DNA of 64,000 bases from Paramoeba atlantica (taxonomy: Eukaryota; Protista; Discosea), in assembly GCA_977017575.1 (NCBI GenBank), contig CDRNVI010000056.1, positions 1 to 64,000 of the forward strand, in the 5' to 3' direction. A program made the translations under genes and the position numbers. Below are positions 22,070 through 33,328 of the stretch, piece after piece. Under the pieces are notes generated by a model. It saw only the letters and a program-made list of their open reading frames with translations, had not been told where the DNA came from and ran no database searches. The stretch's first letter is position 1, and each line of letters starts with the position of its first letter.

Positions 22070-24379
22070 CAGGGGTGAAAATCAGATGCTGGGGGGGTCT
22101 AAAATTAGCAATGTTTGCGCAATTTTGGAAAATAATAGCGCATTCGAGAGCTCTCGCAGAGATCTATGTATTTGGATAGGCGGTTTCCCGGGGTGTAAGG
22201 GGGTGGTCAACTGAGGAGAAGCCCAAAAACGTGAAAGAAATGCAAAAAGTGAAAGAAAAATTTTGTACGTTCAATAATTACAACTTTCCCCTTTTTTTTT
22301 CTACTACTATGTCGAAACGCCGCGGCATGCTGTTTAAAGTGTTTATGAGCATGTCATGACCATCTGTTTTAATGTAATCAACCGCCTTTTCAATAGAATA
22401 CAAAACTTCAGTCCTATTTTCTGGGTTTGTACCATCTTTAATAAAGGTGTCCATGATGTCCCAAATGTTTTCAATAGGGTTAAGATCTGGGGATTTTGGG
22501 GGAAAGTCTAAAAGACTTGGTTTTCTCGAAAGGTTTTAAAGGTGACATTGTGACAAGGAGCATTATTCATTGCAACTCTAGTACCGCTATGACGCTTCAA
22601 GTAACTTAAGAAACCCCCCCTTTTTGTCATAGCTGCTTTAAAAACATTTGAAGTAATTGTAACTTTCCCATTTCTGACCCTGTCGGGAAAGACGTGATAA
22701 AAAACTCCATAAATAAGGCTTATACCCATCCAAACGTTTACTCCATCCCCCCCAAACCATTTTTGCGCAGCTTTTAGGGGTGGCTTGGGGGGGTCACTCG
22801 CTCGGCAAATGTAAGAACGGCTTTCGCGCCCAAGTTGACAAGTAAACTTTTTTTCGTCACACCAAATAATGTGACGAAGCTGTGCGACGGACCACTTCTG
22901 CATTTTCAGTGCAAATGTTAGTCGCTTGGCCTTGTGAACTTCAGTTAAGAACAGGCCTTTCGAAAAAAATCGTTGGATCATCCCTTCGTCCTTCAAAAAA
23001 TTTACTAGGGCCGGCCTGCTGCAGGAGAAACCCCTTTTCCTAACCTCTCGAAGAATAAAACTCCACGAGGGACAACCTCGCGCACTTGTCGCGTTGGACG
23101 CGTCAATAATTTCGCGGCATGCCTCAAGAAGCTCCGGCGTTGTCACAGTGCGTTCGCGAGGAGGCGTAGCACGTTCAACATCCCCGGTTTCCTCAAATCG
23201 CTTAACCCACAACTTAACAGTGCTGTCGTGGACGCCTTGTCTTTGGCAAGTGGCACTGTAGGAGTTTGTATTCTCGTAATCTTTAACGAGAAGCATCCTG
23301 TGTGAATATTTTGTGTGCCCCGGGGGTTCATGTGATCTATCAGATAAGCTTTTACTGTTTTGAAAAGATACAGTTTCTGTACCTTGTTTTTTTTTAAATC
23401 CGCTGGGGCATATCAACCCACACAGACATCAAATGCCCGCTATGCAAGACAGAGGTACAAACCCCAAGGCACATTCTCGCGGGATGCCGAGTTGCTCTAG
23501 ATCAAGGGCGTTACACTTTCAGACACGACTTCATCTTACGGGCCCTAGATTACCATGTAAGCGAGTCCCCCCATACAGCTCTCTCTCATTTCGACCTACC
23601 TGGCATGCGACGCCCTCCAACGTGGCTAGCCGACAATGACGGTATGATGCGTCCGGACGGGTGGGTAAAGCTAAGGGACGGGAAAGAGTTCATTATTAAA
23701 CTAACTTGCCCATGGGAGGAGAATATGCAGGCCGCGCACGAGCGGAAAATGCTGAAATACCACCACCTGTGGCATACGCGAAAAGAAAATCATCCCGAAA
23801 CATACCTATTCGCCCTAAAGATTGGGGCTCGCGGAAGTCTCCAAGACTCGGCGAGTAAATTAGATATGCTCTTCTGCGAGGAAACAAAGCTTGCCAAGGA
23901 GTGTCGCCAACACTTGGTGACGAGAGCATTTAGGGGGAGTTTCACTATATACCAAAATCGGGACCGCGCAAACTGGAACCCCATGGATGTTTGTATTTCG
24001 GATGAGTAAACAGGAATAGCCAAACACGTCGTATGCGTGTACGGGATCATATGTTATGTGATCCCAAGCTATTTGACTTAATCTCTACAGTATAACTGTA
24101 TGAATCCTCCTCCTTAGAGAGGGATCGCTTTTGCGGCATAATAGTGAGCTGAAAAACAAAAAAAAACACGGAAAAAACTGCAAAAATTGAAAAATCTGCA
24201 ACTTTTAGGTGGGTAAAAAAACTTTAAAAAAATATCTTTTTCAAATTTGTTTTCTTTTAACGTGATAATAGCGCCAAAACATAGATCTCTGCGAGAGCTC
24301 TCGAATGCGCTATTATTTTCCAAAATTGCGCAAACATTGCTAATTTTAGACCCCCCCCAGCATATGATTTGCACCCCTG
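22070..24379 (-). mobile_element. Tc1-like element (CAGGGG-TIR family) nested in IS30
   Basis: ~100-bp TIRs starting CAGGGGTG, TA duplication (22068-69 / 24380-81). Transposase remnant 22508-23416 with IIWCDEKKF, VWMGIS and a frameshifted PPKSPDLNPIE. Confidence 0.92.
23370..24125 (+). mobile_element. 5'-truncated HERO/R2-superfamily-like retrotransposon nested in the Tc1 transposase start
   Basis: IRWG..CPLC..HILAGC..LDQGRYTFRHD (CCHC knuckle), then RPDG..IKLTCPWEEN..AHERK..KY..LKIGARG. GAT is duplicated at both junctions. Confidence 0.85.
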
Positions 24380-24512
24380 TATGGTAGAAGTCGAGGCGGT
24401 ACGACAGCTACGGATCGTATTTGCAATCTGTTCCGGGCTGTGCTTCTTTTGAAGTCGAGAGCTGACTTCCTCTTCCAAAAGGCCTTGTATCTTGTGAGGC
24501 TTGACCTTACAG

Positions 24513-24560
24513 ACACGAGAGGCGTCTTACACGAGAGGCGTCTTACACGAGAGGCGTCTT
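24513..24560. repeat. 16-bp unit ACACGAGAGGCGTCTT x3
   Basis: Read directly. Creates an in-frame TAA (24527-29) in the IS30 ORF. Confidence 0.9.
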
Positions 24561-25698
24561 TTCGAAATGCGCTGTGCCCTCGTCCCCTCATAGCGCTGAC
24601 CCCTTCTTGCATTACGCGCCAACTCGCGACAAACAGTGCTGTGACTTTTGCCAATTATGCGAGCTATGCTTCGCCGACTCTCGCCAGATGTAAAGAGTGA
24701 TTGAATACGATTACGATCGTAATGACTGAGTCTTAAATAATGGCGCATTTGTAGTGTAGATCCGAAGGATAATATAAAATAATACTTCTTTAAATAATTG
24801 ATGGTGCATTGGAAATGAGAATACAGTTTTTAAGAAAAAGTGGTGCACTGGAAATGACAAGAAAATTATTTTTTAGGAAAAAAAGTGGTGCGTTGGTGTT
24901 GACAATCCGCCGTAGCCCCGAGCCTTCTTCTTTTTCCGTCCTTTGCAACATCCGACCACTGAGAAATTGAGATCTTGAGGTGTAAGATCCGGGAAGACTA
25001 GCTTATTTTCATCATAATCGTATTCGGTACGGCTTGACCTGTGGACATGGCGCTCGCACTTCCCCTTCACAGCCTTATTAGAAGTCTTCAATTGGCTGAG
25101 TGACGAGGGGCTGGTTCCTTCGAATTGAAACTCGTAACTCTCAGTCAGTCGGACGCTAGAGAAAGGTTCTTCTTCGGTGATAGTGTCATGGTGCCCCGTA
25201 TCCGGCGTCTCGCCTTCTATAGAGTCCGTAATGTCGCAAGCGATCTTTTCAGCGTGTAGTGACAATTCCGATGAGGGGTCAGGCCGAAGTGGTGTTGTAT
25301 ATAAACTTTCCTCGTATGTGCTCACTCCCTGGACGAGATCTTTGCTAGCGTCAAATCGATTCCAGGAGCCTAGCTTATGCTCTTTCGCTTCACGCTCAAA
25401 ATCAGCGAAACAAAAGGGATGATTAAATAAAAAGGGGTGATCGAAGTTTTGGACGAACTGAACAAAAGGTTTTGAAAATTTTATAACAAAAAGAAGTAAA
25501 AAAAAGTACCGTGACGCCCCCCTATACAAAAAGCTAAAAAGATTTCTACGATGGTCGAGAGTAGCATGATTGTGGGGCCTAATGTAAGAAAGTGGGGCTC
25601 ATAAATGTGGGGCTGTAATATAGGGGTGTTGACTGAATTAAATGAGGCAATTAAATGCGGCAATTAATTAAATGGGAAGGTAATAGAATTATCAAAAA

Positions 25699-26568
25699 AT
25701 GATCTCTCGTTATTCATGCTTGGATGCTCCAGCAACATCCGTTAAATGTCGCACGGGGGATGAAAAAGAATCGTCATTGAAAGTGGCGACAACTGGTGTG
25801 AGAGTGAATACCTCAAAGGTGAGTGCTACGAACTTACCTCAAGAATACCAGTTAGCACGGCTAGTAGCTGACGTTAACAACTTACACAAATCATGGAGTA
25901 CTGAAACCCCAGCCTGTGAGTGGCATGGTGTTGAATGTAACGAAGATGAAGAAGTTATTTATATCACTTGGGAGGTTGCGCACATGTCAGGGTCTTTGAG
26001 GTTTATGTATCTTCCCCGTACCCTGGAGTCGTTTCTGGTATATAATAATAATTTGTCAGGTTCGGTGCCACTGGATCAATTACCATCGGGACTCGAGGAA
26101 CTGAGTCTTTCGCACAATCGATTTGAAGGAGGAATAGATTTGACGTTGTTGCCTCCTGTAACAAAAGAACTCTATTTAGGCAGTAATTACTTTACGGGAA
26201 GCGTTTGCTTATCAAATCTTCCAGTTTCCCTGACCGGCCTGTACATCCAGGACAATCAACTTACCGAATCTATCGATTTGACCTCTCTACCACGCAACAT
26301 GGTGATGATGAACGTGGCTCGAAATCGGTTCTCCGGTAGGCTGCGTCTGGACCAGCTTCCGTCCAAAATAAGAACAATTGACCTGTCCGACAACCTGTTT
26401 TCAGGTCCGGTGGACTTGACGCATCTTCCCGCAAACATGGGAGACTTAAACTTGTGTAATAATATTGGTTTGCATGGCGTCGTACAGAGATTGAGCCTTC
26501 CGCCCAAGTTACAGGAGTTTTGGCTTCACATTCAGAATACGAAAATTACGATTTGTGATGTTGAGTAA
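25699..26568 (+). CDS. LRR protein
   Basis: LPQEYQLARL..SWSTETPACEWHGVEC N-cap plus ~7 LRRs. Confidence 0.9.
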   Translation: MISRYSCLDAPATSVKCRTGDEKESSLKVATTGVRVNTSKVSATNLPQEYQLARLVADVNNLHKSWSTETPACEWHGVECNEDEEVIYITWEVAHMSGSLRFMYLPRTLESFLVYNNNLSGSVPLDQLPSGLEELSLSHNRFEGGIDLTLLPPVTKELYLGSNYFTGSVCLSNLPVSLTGLYIQDNQLTESIDLTSLPRNMVMMNVARNRFSGRLRLDQLPSKIRTIDLSDNLFSGPVDLTHLPANMGDLNLCNNIGLHGVVQRLSLPPKLQEFWLHIQNTKITICDVE

Positions 26569-28099
26569 TCACGGTGCATTTTGTAGGCAAGTTAGTTTTG
26601 AACGGAAGTATACATTATAAAGACGCATTTCAGGCATATCACTCAGAGGATTGAAGCAGGTGGGTGCGTCATGGTGCGGCTGAAGTAGTGGGGGGTGATT
26701 TTTTTGGGATATTTTATTGTACCCCCCTAATTAATTGTCATAGCTCCCCCCCTTAAGTTTACATACTATGTTGTTCTGAGAACTGTTCTTCGTTCTCAGA
26801 ACGCCGATAGCTTTCTATGGCCTAATTTACATGAAAAGTTTCTGTGAGCTTCGAAAAAAAGATACTGTTTATCTTTTTATTTTTTCTCAATGCCTAGATA
26901 TTGGCAAACTCTCAATTGGTACATTTCATATTTTTCGCCTCTTCTATCTTCTTTTAAATATCGTTTTATTACAATACCTTTTTGTAATATATTCCTTAGG
27001 GACGCCTCCCAAAGATAGTGAGATAGTGGCATGTTCAGACTCTGAAAAATTCGATCGATTACGTCATTGGGTGCAGAACACCTTAAAGAAGGTGCTCCAC
27101 ATTTCTTGAAAAGAGCGGAGAGAGATTTAGAGTGCCGTCTCCCCCCTGACTTAGATGTCCAAGTGACTTATCCTCTTTTTCAAAAAGTAGGGAGGATAAG
27201 TCGCCCAACACCTAAAAGCAATTTTGCGTGTTTTTTTTTCTGGAGTTTTTCCAGTACTCTGAGATGAAACACTGTTTTTTTACTTCAATCGTCTTTTCTT
27301 GCTCGATTCATCGCGGTTATTCTAAAATATCTCCTTCAATATATTTTTCTCTGCGCTCCTCAATAGAAAGAGGTCTTTTAATCCCTTTAATGCAAGTCAG
27401 GTTGTTCCCCTGCGCCTGAAAGGTGAAGGCATCGCAGTGATACCAAAAATGGAAGACACAGTAGGAAAGTCACTCAAACGACAAGGTACCGTTTCCGTAA
27501 CAGGTAGTTTCTCCGGAAATTGGACGCAGACTCGATATGTGACAGTCTCTCCATAGTAACACCCTCGTAGTCTTCCTTGGCACTGCCATCTCAGAGATGG
27601 GATCGGGTAACGTAAAGCACTTCTGCACAAAGTAAGGCACTTCCGAATGTTTGTAGGAGGAATGGGACAGAATACGAACTAAGAATAGGAACGCAAGGAG
27701 AAAAGCTACTTACATTATGTTCTACGTCTGCACTTTTCCCACATTAAGGATTGCCTCGCTGTTTTCTTCTAAAGTGCTGCGCTCTAGAAACAACAAGGAC
27801 TCAGAATACATGCTAAGGTCCGTCGGAGGCAAGAGCTCCTCTTTTAAAGAGGAGGAGTGGGTCCTAACCAAGGCCCCTAAGATCATCTCATTACATGGGT
27901 CCCTTGAGGAAGACACCGTTCTTCGTGGGGGTGTATACCAAACTTATTCATGGTACAAGACGCATGGTATCTAAAGATTAGCACTTCAAACTTCAAAAAA
28001 CGAGCTTATCACTTTTCTTGAATTACTACTCTTTTTCTCTTACGTACGCCTGTGCGAGGGAAAACTAAATTGTTTTATCATGCACTTATATAGTGCAGA

Positions 28100-29162
28100 G
28101 ATTTACTCACCATGTCCTTATCCCGCATACGACGGGTGGATCATGTGAGGTTTCGTCCTCGCCGGAGGTGTGCGGGTGCGGAGAGCTGGCGTCCCAGGTG
28201 CAGAGAGCTCGGTTGTCATGTGCAGGTGCAGACAGCCGGATGCGTAATCCCCATATTACAGTTTCGGGGGCAATCCGGGTGCAGAGAGCCGCGACGGAGC
28301 CGAGGTGCGGAGAGCCAAGAGTCTCGTCGGCGGAGGACACGCCTAGTGGTCCTCAAGGGAGGCCACCGTGACGCATGGCCTCTTCGGAAACGTAACTGCG
28401 AGAGAAGGGGGAGCTGATAGAGGAAGCACACACACTCCAGGGAGTGAGTCGGGAAGGGGTGAAGGGGTGGAAGCGCGTCCCCTGCTTCAGCGACAAGAGG
28501 GACAGTTCCGACCTTAGTGCCGGCCGGCAACGGGCATAAAAATGCAGTAAGAGTATGCCCGTTGTCGGGCAAAGAAAGGATTAACTATGGAAAAAGGACC
28601 AACAAGGTACAGAAACCAACAAGGTATCTTTAGGGAAGGAAAACGAATCACTCGAGAGGAACGTGGCTTCAAAAAGGTCTCCCCAAGCGAAGGTTGGGGG
28701 AGCGAGAAAGGTTGAGTGCGCGAGCTGGGTGAAGAGATCACCATGGGAGAAAGAGATTCATCTGCCTGATTGTTTACGCTGGCTACTCTTCCGTTTGCGC
28801 CGCAGAGTGCATGATCTGGAACGCTTTCCTGAAACAGAACGCCACGCGTTCTCCACGAACTCCCCTACAGCTCCTTCATGAGGAGGGGCGTAGAGAGGGT
28901 TCTCTTCCAAGAAAGCTTCCAGATCACGCGTCGCCTCGCGGCAGAAGATCCAAGAGAAGATGTCCTCGGCACTCCACAAGGTGGAAGATGCCACGGTGCA
29001 GCACTTGGGAGCTAACCTCCACGCAACACACAGCGCGTGTGGCATGTAAGTAGCTGTCCATCGTGCGCGCCTCATGCATTCTTCCACCTTGACTCCCAAC
29101 TCCTCGGTGATAACGAGCGCTGCGGGGGGGCGAAATGAATTTTCCGCTTCAAAGGTGCACAT
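28100..29162 (-). mobile_element. Heavily decayed sequence, possibly a non-LTR retrotransposon C-terminal region
   Basis: GC-rich, with stop-broken frames and loose resemblance to post-RT motifs (GGL.., LRIRL..P). No decisive motif. Confidence 0.3.
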
Positions 29163-29320
29163 AAGCGATGGGACAATGACGTCATATACAGTGCGGGATT
29201 TTATTACGGGACACGTTAATTACAGGACAACTCAATTACGGGACACTTAATTGAGGGACACTTGGGCCTTGGGAGTGAGTATTCTCAGCAAAACAGTTTT
29301 ACACGCCAAAATAAGTGGTG

Positions 29321-29900
29321 TATTGCGGCGGTTGTATAACTACCGCTCTACCCTCGATTATTGCAAAAAAAAGGGGACAAAAACAGTGAAAATATAAAGA
29401 GAAACACAGTAATATAATAGAAGAAAAAATATATAAGGGGGCTCCGGTAGTCCAAAATTGAAAAAAAATTGAAAAAAATGGGGGGTCTAGGGGGGGTCCA
29501 TGGGGGGGGCATACGTCGCGAAATTTTTTTCGAATTTTTTGCTTTTCAAATTTGAGCGCAGGTAAGTGGTAGACTAGGCCGCGGCGATAAGTTTCGACCC
29601 CCCCATGGGGGTACCCCCCCCTGGTACGCGCAGGAGGAGTTCGACAAGGTCAAATTTTCCGAAATTTTTGGCGTGACCAAGAAAATTTTTTTTTTGACCC
29701 AAAAAAAAGTAAAAATATTATTTGTCCAAAATCGACTCCTAAAACGTGTTTGGAGAGCTTGGGACCCCAGCTACCACACTACGACGTTTTTATCGTCAGA
29801 TTCGCCTCCTGCCCCTACTGGTAAAGCATCAAAAACGGCCCAAATTCGGGTTAAAATTTCGCATTTTTTGCTGAAAAACCGAGGAAAAGCTCACCCGGGG
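29321..29900 (+). mobile_element. 5' part of a Helentron/HINE-like non-autonomous element
   Basis: Head hairpin GCGGCGGTTGTATAACTACCGC after ATT. Collinear with 58249-58800. Confidence 0.5.
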
Positions 29901-29917
29901 CACTTTTTGTAAATATT

Positions 29918-30545
29918 TCTGGTGAAACTGAACCAATATTCGCACTTTTCTCAATCTGGCAAAATTTTGAACGTTTTATCGCTCCTTTCTTTTATTCTGA
30001 ATCATGGTTCTGCACATTAATTTTATATAAGCATTGTGTTTTTTGAATCCATTAGTACTTGTTTATTGCTCTTCTCACCTTTTAATGACATGCACTGGGT
30101 GCGGTGGGTTCTCGTGCCGTTCGAAACTTACGATCAGAAGAAGTTCTTCCTGGAGTGAGAATCAATGTCTGGACTGGATGAAAAACCACTCTCTAGTGGC
30201 GCAGAAAGTTATTTACTACAAGAAAAATCACAGAGCTCCGCATTAGTAGCATGGCATTAGTCGGGAATAAATGGGTCTGCACCAAGCATTGTAAAGGGAG
30301 GTACGGAGCTATGGGGCCGCTGTTGCCCAGCAAGAGCCAGCGAAGCGCTAAACAGACTCTCCTGTACATCGTTTTGTACTGTAGGGGTGGGCGCCATGCG
30401 TCTTCAGTGGCGGAAACGGAGTTAAGCGAAAAAATGGTGATTAAATTGCGTCAATGGCTGGATTCCCTCATGGCCTCAGCTCATATAAGGGACGTGAAAT
30501 TTTGAAAATTCATAAATTTGCGAATATTGGTTCAGTTTAACCAGA
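29918..30545 (+). mobile_element. Merlin/IS1595-like fragment between inverted repeats
   Basis: ~27-bp IR CTGGT(G/T)AAACTGAACCAATATTCGCA. Interior encodes a Zn ribbon and an HTH-like segment (LLYIVLYC..ETELSEKMVIKLRQWL). No TSD found. Confidence 0.55.
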
Positions 30546-30563
30546 TTTCTTTACTCAAATACC

Positions 30564-31407
30564 TAATGCAGAGGGCGACAAGCAGATGGTGGAGTGCAAA
30601 TTGTGTCCTGAGAATGGCAAAAAACGTTTTTTGACGGCAAGAGGTCTGCAGACCGATTACATATCGGCAGAAAGGCATCTTCGAAAACACGATAAAAGTT
30701 AAAATCCTGCTCGAGAATAAAATCCTGCTCGAGAAGTTTCGCTGTCAAACGTGACTCGCGATTTAAAACTATGGTTTAGCGGACGAGTGCAAGATTTTTA
30801 CATTTCTAACGAAGGTTCTGAAAGTGATAAAGAAAGTGAATTATCCGTTTTATGGGAAGATTTATCAGTTAATTGAAAGTTTGGTCACTTATCCATAACA
30901 GCGCAAAAGCTTATTTCTTTGGTTGCATCTGAAGCAAGCTGCGAGCGGCTGTTCAGTTCTGTGGGGTTCGTGTACGAAGATCTGCGAAATCGCATGTCAC
31001 CGGAATTAGTTGCTGCAGAAACTTCGATTCGATGCAGTTTGCTTTCTCGCAACAGTGACCGTAGGGATCCCCCAGTAGTCTTGGAAAATGAAGCTTTGTC
31101 GGTCGCGGAAACACATCTCGTATCAAACAGCGATGGGATGAGCAAATCGAAAACTATGGGGATGCAAGTGGCCGAGAGATATGCAGCTCTAATGAAGCAA
31201 GACGCCGTGAGCTCTTCGGAAATGGATTTAATCTGCAGTCTTTACAAAATCAAGGCAGTCTTCAATATTATAGAGAAAGATCCCAAGAGTTATCGCATCC
31301 GACTATATAAGCAATGGTTTTATCTTCGGGGGACAGCGAAGTATGGTGGCGATAACAAGCATTATCAGATATTCTGCGAAAATGGACACGTTTTGTCACT
31401 CGTGTAA
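30564..31407 (+). pseudogene. Internally deleted hAT transposase (BED finger joined to the C-terminal dimerisation domain)
   Basis: VECKLC...RHLRKHD at ~30595-30695, then ASEASCERLFSSVGFVYEDLRNRMSPELV. Confidence 0.8.
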
Positions 31408-32379
31408 ATACATGCTGCCGATTATGATTTGGATCACAAGAGGCGTGGGTGCTGGGAAACAGTTGATTTCTCTTTTATTTATCTGCAATTTTCTGAAATT
31501 TATATAATAAAAGTTTGAAACTATTTGTTTAATTCAAGGATTTTTGAGCTTGTGTGCGGGACGAATTTGAGCCGTTCATGTTTTTCGTGTTTAATTTAGC
31601 ATTTAGGCTGCTATCTACATGACTTACGTATCTACATTACTTATTTACATTACGTATCTACATTACTTATGTTAAAGTTTTTCGTGTCTAAGTTATCTTT
31701 TGGGCTGATATCTAACTGATTAAGAGTTCGAACTTTCTGATCTCTCCAGGTGTCTACAGTGTCGTATTTATTGAAAATTGATTGAAAATATCAACACCAA
31801 TCGATGCCACATTGGCAGTTGAGGCGCGATTCTTTTCTCGGTGTTCGAATGTTTCGTATTCAATTTTGCATTTGGGCTGATAAAACGCATATTTTTGATT
31901 TTTACTGCATTTCGCGAATCAGTTGCACTGTTTAGTAGCATTTTTACTATCTTTCTTTACGCACATTTTTTTCTTACTGTCAACTTACTCAATGGAAAAG
32001 TACCTATTCGCGTAATGCGAGATCCTTCATTCCCTTTCACCCTCTTCACCCCCTTCACACAGACTTCCCTTCCACCCATCTTCCCTTTCGCCTTCCTTCG
32101 CTTTCAATTCCCCTGCAATAACAGGTAACCTGAAGTTCGAACGCAAAGAAAAGGTCATGGCAGTACTACTCTACCGAATTTTTGGATAAACGGAAAAAAA
32201 AGCTTTTGAAAGTTTTATAGTGAAAAAAAATAAAAAACGTACTTTAAAGTAACTTTCATCTACGGAAAAAAACTTTTTTTTATTATAAAAAAGTTTCCGC
32301 GAACCCTGTTTATATGTATGTTTATACATAAACATATGTAAAAACACGGGAAACCATATAGACTCCACAAGAGGGTTAT

Positions 32380-32466
32380 GCGAGAGCTCGCGAATGCGGT
32401 ATTACTTCTAAAAATTGGCCAGGTTTTGCGAATGTTAGATCCCTGTATATTTAGCGGACCCCCCTG
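32380..32466. repeat. Solo end of the CAGGGG-TIR Tc1 family
   Basis: GCGAGAGCTCGCGAATGCG..AAAATTGGCC..CCCCTG|TA matches the TIRs of 56098-57718. Confidence 0.7.
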
Positions 32467-32539
32467 TAGTACCTGAAGTATCCACTTTCTTGTTTAAAAG
32501 GCAATTCTTTGCACTTTACTAAGTCTACAAGACTCAGGT

Positions 32540-33328
32540 ATGTCTCACAGGGCATTTTCACATATTCTGTGTGCGGCTGAGGACATTACATCGTCACGTA
32601 CCGGTCGGATTCGTGGTGTCAACGTCCCACAAGAATACGAACTTGCAAACTTTATCAAAGACGTCGGAAATACCGATCCCTCTTGGAATACCAACACGCC
32701 AGCATGTGAGTGGTATCATGTGATATGTGATGAGGGAAATAAAACATCTAAGCTCGAGTGGGCCGGTCGCGAACTGGAGGGTCATATCTGTTTGAAATTT
32801 CTCCCTCACACAGTGCTCAAAATTCATGCTCAATACAATAAACTTAGTGGGAAATTACCTTTCAAGGACTTGCCTCCTGTAATTACGACCATTGACCTTA
32901 CCAAAAATAATTTCACTGGATCAGTCGATTTGACATGTTTACCGCAAACATTGCGACTGCTAATACTCTCGTGTAATAAACTATCAGGAAACGTCGATTT
33001 GGGCCGTCTGCCCCTAAATCTTGAGTTCCTAGCGATAAATGACAATGCTTTTATGGGAACTCCGGGTCTACGTCGACTCCCACCAAATCTATCTTATTTG
33101 AATCTCAGCGGAAATCGGTTCGCAGGCTGGGTAGAGTTGGATTCATTACCTTCAGTTATGTACGCTATATGCCTGGGTTGTAATAAAGAACTTCAAGGTG
33201 AGGTGAAGAATAGCCTTTTGACCCAGACTCCAAATCCGTTATATCTAGAAATTTATGATACAGAGATTACACGCATTAATGACATAGAGATAGAATACAC
33301 TGTACCAAAGGGCGTTTTCCAATTTTAA
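32540..33328 (+). CDS. LRR protein, subfamily A
   Basis: Paralogue of 9571 and 35933; ORF intact. Confidence 0.9.
   Translation: MSHRAFSHILCAAEDITSSRTGRIRGVNVPQEYELANFIKDVGNTDPSWNTNTPACEWYHVICDEGNKTSKLEWAGRELEGHICLKFLPHTVLKIHAQYNKLSGKLPFKDLPPVITTIDLTKNNFTGSVDLTCLPQTLRLLILSCNKLSGNVDLGRLPLNLEFLAINDNAFMGTPGLRRLPPNLSYLNLSGNRFAGWVELDSLPSVMYAICLGCNKELQGEVKNSLLTQTPNPLYLEIYDTEITRINDIEIEYTVPKGVFQF

Larger units (their letters stand above)
21456..24748 (-). pseudogene. IS30-family DD33E transposase, interrupted by a Tc1 element and a short tandem duplication
   Basis: HTH (GESRRSIARIIGKSHSTVCRELARN), HSPEQIA..STIYRYI after rejoining at TA, GDWEADLV, CERKSRF, TYDNGTEF, APYHSWEKGSVEHANGLIRQF and LNTRPRKLLNYRSP. 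Confidence 0.93.
21145..24909 (-). mobile_element. IS30-family insertion sequence (~1.45 kb once the nested Tc1 is removed)
   Basis: Terminal IRs CGGATGTTCAACTCCAGTGCACCAC and (reverse complement) CGGATTGTCAACACCAACGCACCAC; 2-bp duplication CC (21143-44 / 24910-11); extra IR-like subterminal copies at both ends. Confidence 0.9.
15950..25529 (-). mobile_element. CRE-clade-like RLE non-LTR retrotransposon, split by three insertions
   Basis: Reading across the insertions: acidic N-terminus, C2H2-like finger (FQGC..WQAFYNHVAHRH), GELSRPRAALTSEPLAP..LTSKHP, SSGGALGLRPEHL, RPSAAGETLRRL, QYGVATPAGAE and DLKNAFN. These are CRE/SLACS-type RT motifs. Ends are not defined. Confidence 0.75.

Noticed and set aside
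24527-24529. Stop-codon reassignment to explain in-frame stops
   Set aside because: Intact genes end with TAA, TAG and TGA. This TAA arises from a local tandem duplication.
21145-24909. IS30 as simple bacterial contamination
   Set aside because: It carries a precise TSD inside a eukaryotic retrotransposon ORF and is itself interrupted by eukaryotic Tc1 and HERO-like elements. Only a misassembly could mimic this.
16697-24909. TnpB/Fanzor or another RNA-guided nuclease carried by the elements
   Set aside because: No RuvC I-III plus Zn-finger pattern was found in any ORF. The nuclease motifs present are DDE or retrotransposon RLE.
27400-27640. Possible minus-strand LRR remnant (GTLSFE..FQAQGNNLT)
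   Set aside because: One partial repeat with stops; not enough to list as a feature.
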